Positions 27,192 through 32,000 of a stretch of DNA of 32,000 nt are shown here, one piece after another; position 1 is the stretch's first letter; every line of letters starts with the position of its first letter. This DNA is from Promethearchaeum syntrophicum (GTDB taxonomy: Archaea > Asgardarchaeota > Lokiarchaeia > Sigyniarchaeales > Promethearchaeaceae): positions 1,230,001 to 1,262,000 of the forward strand of contig NZ_CP042905.2 of the NCBI RefSeq assembly GCF_008000775.2. Direction: 5' to 3'. Made by a program: the position numbers and the translations under genes. The notes under the pieces are model-generated. The model was not told the DNA's origin, did not search any database, and saw nothing but the letters and a program-made list of their open reading frames with translations.

Positions 27192-28907
27192 ATGAAGATG
27201 CCTCATAATGATAAAGATGCCTTAGATTCTTATAAAAAGTGGGCTATTGACAATAAATCTTCTTGGATTTCAGATCAAATGCAAGATTTCATTCCTCATT
27301 CTATGAAAAATGCAATAGATCTCGCAAAACGAAATTTTGGAGAGATTTTATCATTTCAAAATGATAGAGATTTAAAAGAGAAGCTTGGTAAAATATTTGA
27401 AGAAACAACTAAAAAATATAATGCATTTACAGAAAAAGCCAAAAATCACCTTGAGGTTTTTTATCAAAATGGTTTAGGAATTGAAATTGCCCATCAACCT
27501 AAATTTCTCGGCGGAGAACGATTTGTGTATAACAAATTATCTTGTGGTGCAATGTTTGCCCAACAGGAAGATAAGTTTTTTCCATTCTTTTACAATGCAG
27601 ATTATGATAAAGTTCATCCCGAATTAATAAAAACTCATTTTCCTTTATACAATTCTAAATCGGGATATTCTTCCTCGATTTCGGCTTCTCAAGAGATTGA
27701 ATACAATGAGGCAAGAATTAAAGATTTGCCCTTACCAACAGAAGAAGAAATCAACAATTATTTAGAGAATATTAAACAGAAATATCTATTCTCAATTAAG
27801 GCAATTGTAGAAAACAAATGGCAACAAAAACTCATTGAAGAACGATTTGAAACTACTTCGCACATAATCAAATCAAGTTGGGCTAAATCTAAAGAATATC
27901 CCGATTTATTTGTCAATATAATTAGTAATTTTTCAAATATTGTATATAACCAAGGATTTCTTTTCCTTTCAGCTAGTGATCCAAGATACAAACAGCTACT
28001 AATCCCCCAATATGAATTTTTATTAAAAAATCAAGAAAAATACTTTGCCAATTACGATACAATTAGAAATAAATTCTTCCAGCTTGGTATCAATCCACCT
28101 TTAAGGGAAATTAAACCAGATTTAATCCCATTCTTTTATGAGTGCCAAAATCCGAACTGCTTCCATCAACGAATTCAACTTTATTACGAATCACGTGGAT
28201 CCAAAATATTAATGAAAGGAATTTGTCCTAAATGTAAAACACCGATAGAATTTGAAGCAGATATTAATCATCCCGATTTATCCGATATCGGATTAAATCT
28301 CACCCCTCGAGTTGAATCTCGCCAAAATCTTGTATCTAGCACAATTCCGATTGGAATACATGTAGCTGGAACTGGAGAAGCGCGTTATTATACAATGGGA
28401 ATTCCAATTTTTAAAAATATCAATCCTGAAATAATTCTTCCCGTTATTTATTTCTATAATAAGACCACAATGAATACAGTGATTACCAGAAATCTGGAAC
28501 AAAAACTTATTGATCTTCAAATACCGGCATTTTTGGATAATTTAAAAATACTAATGAAATATACTGGAAAATTCAATAAACTATGTAAAAAGCAAGAAAA
28601 TGAACAAGAATTTTCAAACAGGAAAGAAAAAGCAATAGAATTTCTAAAAGAAGTAAAAAATTATCAAATTAAATTAGAAGAAGCGTGCAATCAATATATC
28701 AAAGAAAATCCAAACTCTCCAGATTCAAAATTAGTATTATATTACTTAAGTAATATGTTTGGAAAAATATCAAAAGAAAAACACGGCCAAGAGGCCGTCT
28801 TTAATTGGATAGATTTAAGTATTAAAAATGGTTTAACTCATATTTTAGATGATTATAAAAGACTTTACAGGCCTTGGCTTCCTCCCGGAATGGAGATTAT
28901 GTTTTAA
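27192..28907 (+). CDS. BshC-like protein (putative cysteine/amino-acid-adding enzyme of a bacillithiol-type pathway), divergent and carrying a zinc ribbon
   Basis: 571 aa. Four collinear motif matches to Bacillus BshC as I recall it: IAHQPKFLGGERFVYNK, FFPFFYNADYD, LTPRVESRQ...HVAGTGEARYY, and the C-terminal QEAVFNWIDLSIKNG. A coiled-coil segment precedes the C-terminus. It sits 7 nt after the PIG-L gene. Confidence 0.55.
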   Translation: MKMPHNDKDALDSYKKWAIDNKSSWISDQMQDFIPHSMKNAIDLAKRNFGEILSFQNDRDLKEKLGKIFEETTKKYNAFTEKAKNHLEVFYQNGLGIEIAHQPKFLGGERFVYNKLSCGAMFAQQEDKFFPFFYNADYDKVHPELIKTHFPLYNSKSGYSSSISASQEIEYNEARIKDLPLPTEEEINNYLENIKQKYLFSIKAIVENKWQQKLIEERFETTSHIIKSSWAKSKEYPDLFVNIISNFSNIVYNQGFLFLSASDPRYKQLLIPQYEFLLKNQEKYFANYDTIRNKFFQLGINPPLREIKPDLIPFFYECQNPNCFHQRIQLYYESRGSKILMKGICPKCKTPIEFEADINHPDLSDIGLNLTPRVESRQNLVSSTIPIGIHVAGTGEARYYTMGIPIFKNINPEIILPVIYFYNKTTMNTVITRNLEQKLIDLQIPAFLDNLKILMKYTGKFNKLCKKQENEQEFSNRKEKAIEFLKEVKNYQIKLEEACNQYIKENPNSPDSKLVLYYLSNMFGKISKEKHGQEAVFNWIDLSIKNGLTHILDDYKRLYRPWLPPGMEIMF

Positions 28908-28950
28908 AATTTCAAAGTTTTAAAGTGATAAAAATGGAATTAGCTTAGCA

Positions 28951-29940
28951 ATGATTAATATCTTCGCAAAAGAGAATATGGAAAAAGACTATTGGGATCT
29001 CCCCGCGACCTATGATGGCCCTAAATTTGATGCTCACACACATATCTGGGACATTAAGCTAGCAGAGAAACATCTAAAATATGCTGAGGCTTTTAACATT
29101 CAAAAGATTATGGCAATTTTAGATGAAGATGTCGCGGGGAGATTGTCTCCAGATTTACATGATAGATTTATTTTTGCTAGGTTTCTCCGTAGTCAAAATA
29201 TGTTAAGTAATAATTCCAATGATATGGCTGATATGGTGGATGAATATTATTCTCAAGGTTATTCTATTATCAAATTTTGGTTTGCTCCTCGGTGGCGGGA
29301 TTATGTGGAACAAGAACTAAAGATCCCCGTTGATACAATAAAGTTATCCAGCTCTCTCTTTGAACCTATTTATACACGAATCGAGGATTTAGGGTTAATT
29401 TTTCTTATTCATAACAGTGATCCTGACCTTTGGTATGAAAAAAAATACCAACCAGAATCAAAATACGGTTCAAAGAAGAATCATCTTCAAGATCTTGAAA
29501 ATGTGCTACAATCTCATCCCAAAATGAAAGTTCTAGGAGCACATTTTGCTGCTCAACCTGAACATTTAGAAAATCTTGGGAGATGGTTTGATACATATCC
29601 TAATTTTTACGTGGATGCAAGCTCAGCTCGGTGGATGGCTAGAGAATTTTCGCGAAGAAAATCTAAAATTATTCCCTTCTTTAAACGATATTCTGATAGA
29701 ATTTTATGGGGGACTGATCTATCTTTTGGGGGTCAGGCTCGAAACAATATCCCCAAATATTATTTCACGCGATATTTAACATACCAGGTGTTATTGGAAA
29801 GTAATCTACAAGGAGTGCCTCTTTCTTTTCCTGATCCCGAAAATACTTCAGGAACGAATATAAATGGACTGGATCTCCCATTAGAAATCCTTGAAAAAAT
29901 CTATTGGAAAAATGCGGAGAAATTCTTTAAGAAAATCTAA
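28951..29940 (+). CDS. TIM-barrel metal-dependent hydrolase (amidohydrolase-2-like)
   Basis: FDAHTHIWD lies near the N-terminus (H-x-H metal ligands). Later motifs are IIKFWF, GAHFA and WGTDL, the last containing the terminal Asp ligand. Confidence 0.65.
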   Translation: MINIFAKENMEKDYWDLPATYDGPKFDAHTHIWDIKLAEKHLKYAEAFNIQKIMAILDEDVAGRLSPDLHDRFIFARFLRSQNMLSNNSNDMADMVDEYYSQGYSIIKFWFAPRWRDYVEQELKIPVDTIKLSSSLFEPIYTRIEDLGLIFLIHNSDPDLWYEKKYQPESKYGSKKNHLQDLENVLQSHPKMKVLGAHFAAQPEHLENLGRWFDTYPNFYVDASSARWMAREFSRRKSKIIPFFKRYSDRILWGTDLSFGGQARNNIPKYYFTRYLTYQVLLESNLQGVPLSFPDPENTSGTNINGLDLPLEILEKIYWKNAEKFFKKI

Positions 29941-29945
29941 TATTT

Positions 29946-31481
29946 TTAGGATAAAGTCTCTAAAAATTCTTTAGTCACATTTTTTGAATGCAACATTGTC
30001 CCTGGTAATCCACCTGCAGTTTTATCACTCTGAGAGCCAATGAACCATAGTCCTTTAATGGGAGTTTTATGAGGGGCCCCTGATTTTCCCATAATTGGAG
30101 CTCTTCCCCCAAATGCATGATGAGATTGATGGGTTCGAATTCTGAAATCTGCAGGAGTCATAATTTCCTTAACTAAGATATGTTCTCGTAAGTTTGGGAT
30201 CACTTTTTCTGCTTCAATTAACAATTTTTCAGAGAATTCATCTCGTCTTTCATTCCATGTTCCATGATCCAACTTATTGGGTGCAATAGTATATATAGTC
30301 ATAGCAAATTTTCCTTCTGGAGCCATTTCAGGAGAATGAAGGGAAGGAACATAAATAAGAAATCCGTCTTTTCCTTCATGATATACACCCTGCCGACAAC
30401 GAATCACTGCGCCTTCAACGTCGTTTGTTCCAATATAATAGCATAAGGCAGCACGTTGAAATTTACGAGGATCAAGATCAATTCCGAGATGAATCATATG
30501 AACCGATTCCATTAAGGGAATATCGATAATTTTATCAACGTAAGCAGGAGGAAGTCTGTCTTTTCCAACATTGTTAAAGAAAAATTCTTTCGCCCCTCCA
30601 CTTGCAAAAATTGCATCAGCAGTTATTTCATTTCCATTACGTAATCGAATACCTTGAACTCTATTTTTTTGAATAAGAAGTCGCTCTACTGGGGAATTCA
30701 CATAGATTTTTCCTCCATGAGCCAGAATATACTCTTCAAATACGTGTACAAGTTTTTCCATTCCCCCGAGAATATAGTGATAACTTGGGCGTGGTCCAGC
30801 AGATGTAATTTGAAGAGGTACGCGAATATCAAACGCATTTTCGTTATTAATAATCGGAAGACCTAACGCTGGAAATTCTGATGGTTTAGTTACAAAATCT
30901 GCTAGAAGACCGAGAAAAACTCCTTTAATTGCATCAGTATCAAAATATTCGTTCATTATCTGTGCTGCTGACATTGATTTTTTATCCTTAACATGTTGAA
31001 ATAAGAATAACATGCGAATTTTTAACAACAGTTTTCCAATTCCAGTAGCAGTATCAATGCGGCGAGAAATCGCCATTAAATCTGATACTCTTTCTCTAAA
31101 TTGATAATATTTAATTAAACTATCCCTTTCTTCAGGAAATAACTCTATTAATTTATCTCTTCTCCAAAACTGGCCAAAATATTTTTTCGGTTTCCAAAGA
31201 TCGAACTCTGGCATAACTAAACCTCGATCTGATTGTAAAAATTGTACTTGATCATAGATCCCCAGATCAACTAAGATGTTTCCTGCTGGTTCGTCTCGAA
31301 GAAAATCTTGAACGAGCATTGGACCTAGATCCCAACTAAAACCTTCTTTAGAGAATGTCGCAGTGACTCCACCAATTTTTGGAAATTGTTCAAAAATCTT
31401 AACTTCATAACCTGCTTGAGTTAAATAAGCTCCCGCAGTTAACCCTGCCATACCAGCGCCTATTATAATTATTTTTTTCAT
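29946..31481 (-). CDS. FAD/NAD(P)-dependent oxidoreductase of the phytoene desaturase (CrtI/CrtD-like) family
   Basis: N-terminus KKIIIIGAGMAGLTAGAYLTQAGYEVKIFEQFPKIGG. C-terminus GLWFIGSQSDKTAGGLPGTMLHSKN, typical of this family. Confidence 0.8.
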   Translation of the reverse strand: MKKIIIIGAGMAGLTAGAYLTQAGYEVKIFEQFPKIGGVTATFSKEGFSWDLGPMLVQDFLRDEPAGNILVDLGIYDQVQFLQSDRGLVMPEFDLWKPKKYFGQFWRRDKLIELFPEERDSLIKYYQFRERVSDLMAISRRIDTATGIGKLLLKIRMLFLFQHVKDKKSMSAAQIMNEYFDTDAIKGVFLGLLADFVTKPSEFPALGLPIINNENAFDIRVPLQITSAGPRPSYHYILGGMEKLVHVFEEYILAHGGKIYVNSPVERLLIQKNRVQGIRLRNGNEITADAIFASGGAKEFFFNNVGKDRLPPAYVDKIIDIPLMESVHMIHLGIDLDPRKFQRAALCYYIGTNDVEGAVIRCRQGVYHEGKDGFLIYVPSLHSPEMAPEGKFAMTIYTIAPNKLDHGTWNERRDEFSEKLLIEAEKVIPNLREHILVKEIMTPADFRIRTHQSHHAFGGRAPIMGKSGAPHKTPIKGLWFIGSQSDKTAGGLPGTMLHSKNVTKEFLETLS

Positions 31482-31642
31482 ACATCCAACTTCTATATTC
31501 TAAAAACCTATGATATTAAGGATTTTTTCCTTCTAATTGCTTATAAAATGCGATTAATACTTTAATAAACATTGGAATAGAACTAAATACTCCAAAAATG
31601 TGAAAACGCTACTATTATAAAGCTCAAAACAGAAGATAGTGT

Positions 31643-32000
31643 ATGAGTGATGTACAGATTGAAAATAAAAATGATTTGAAATTTGACTATTCACGCTGGA
31701 CCCATATAAGTTTTGGTGCTCGTGACTTGTTTAGCCAATGGCATACAGCAGCTTTCGGAGCGTATACTATTTTCTTTTATGAATCAGTTATCGGATTATC
31801 GGGAGGATATGCTATTGCTGCCTTTTTGATCTTTGCGATTTGGAATGCAATTAACGACCCATTGATGGGTTATTTAATGGAAAAATTCATCATGCCTTGG
31901 GAAAAGAAATGGGGATTTCGAAGATTTCCATGGATAATAATCGGAAGTGTGGCATTTATCTTTTCTTATTTGATAATTTTTCTAGTACCTTCAGGATGGT
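31643..32000 (+). CDS. GPH-family MFS transporter, paralogue 3 (N-terminal part; continues beyond the right edge)
   Basis: Not in the ORF track because it has no stop in the window. Hand translation from the ATG at 31643: MSDVQIENKNDLKFDYSRWTHISFGARDLF...AIWNAINDPLMGYLMEKF...RRFPWIIIGS. It carries the same N-D-P-l-x-G signature as the other two paralogues. Confidence 0.75.
   Translation, partial: MSDVQIENKNDLKFDYSRWTHISFGARDLFSQWHTAAFGAYTIFFYESVIGLSGGYAIAAFLIFAIWNAINDPLMGYLMEKFIMPWEKKWGFRRFPWIIIGSVAFIFSYLIIFLVPSGW

Noticed and set aside
9139-30866. Other short ORFs in the track (9139, 9646, 11330, 13477, 16106, 16144, 16275, 16331, 16592, 16720, 17926, 19933, 21049, 22215, 23660, 27758, 28293, 29405, 29576, 30264, 30654).
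   Set aside because: Each is nested in, or antisense to, a longer ORF with clear family motifs. None has a motif of its own.
1-32000. A search for CRISPR arrays, tRNA/rRNA genes, transposases, integrases or long direct repeats.
   Set aside because: None was seen by eye. The intergenic regions are short and AT-rich, without periodic repeats. A computational repeat and tRNA scan would be needed to exclude small elements.

Overview
This is a visibly AT-rich archaeal chromosomal segment with dense, mostly operonic genes and no rRNA, tRNA, CRISPR array or recognisable mobile element. Hand-derived coordinates may be off by 1-2 nt.

Layout:
- 1-7928 (minus strand): a complete A1Ao/V-type ATP synthase operon in a non-canonical order, K-C-orf174-F-E-A-B-D-I. 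The atpI gene runs off the left edge.
- 8.1-10.6 kb: a frameshifted small ORF, a DUF47/PhoU-like gene, a VIT1-like transporter and a hypothetical gene.
- 10.7-15.9 kb: a UDP-glucose dehydrogenase-family gene and a PUA-domain gene, convergent with an orphan gamma-class N6-adenine DNA methyltransferase plus SDR epimerase pair.
- 16.0-16.5 kb: the conserved archaeal LSm-eL37 pair. The eL37 is eukaryote-length.
- 16.5-23.2 kb: a SAM methyltransferase, a LysE-like membrane protein, two GPH-family transporters, an AhpD-like CxxC protein, a PHP phosphoesterase and a canonical sirtuin. A third GPH transporter starts at 31643.
- 23.2-25.5 kb: a 578-nt ORF-free stretch, a zinc-ribbon/2-TM/winged-helix membrane protein and a convergent membrane protein.
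- 25.5-31.5 kb: a GT2 glycosyltransferase, PIG-L/LmbE deacetylase and 571-aa BshC-like gene operon, followed by an amidohydrolase and a convergent FAD oxidoreductase.

The GT2/PIG-L/BshC-like operon is the best candidate for something undescribed. It looks like a rewired bacillithiol-type (aminoacyl-glucosamine) pathway with a different class of glycosyltransferase and a zinc-ribbon-bearing BshC homologue.

An Asgard/Lokiarchaeia-like origin is only an inference from base composition and the extended eL37. All functional calls rest on motifs read by eye; no searches were run.
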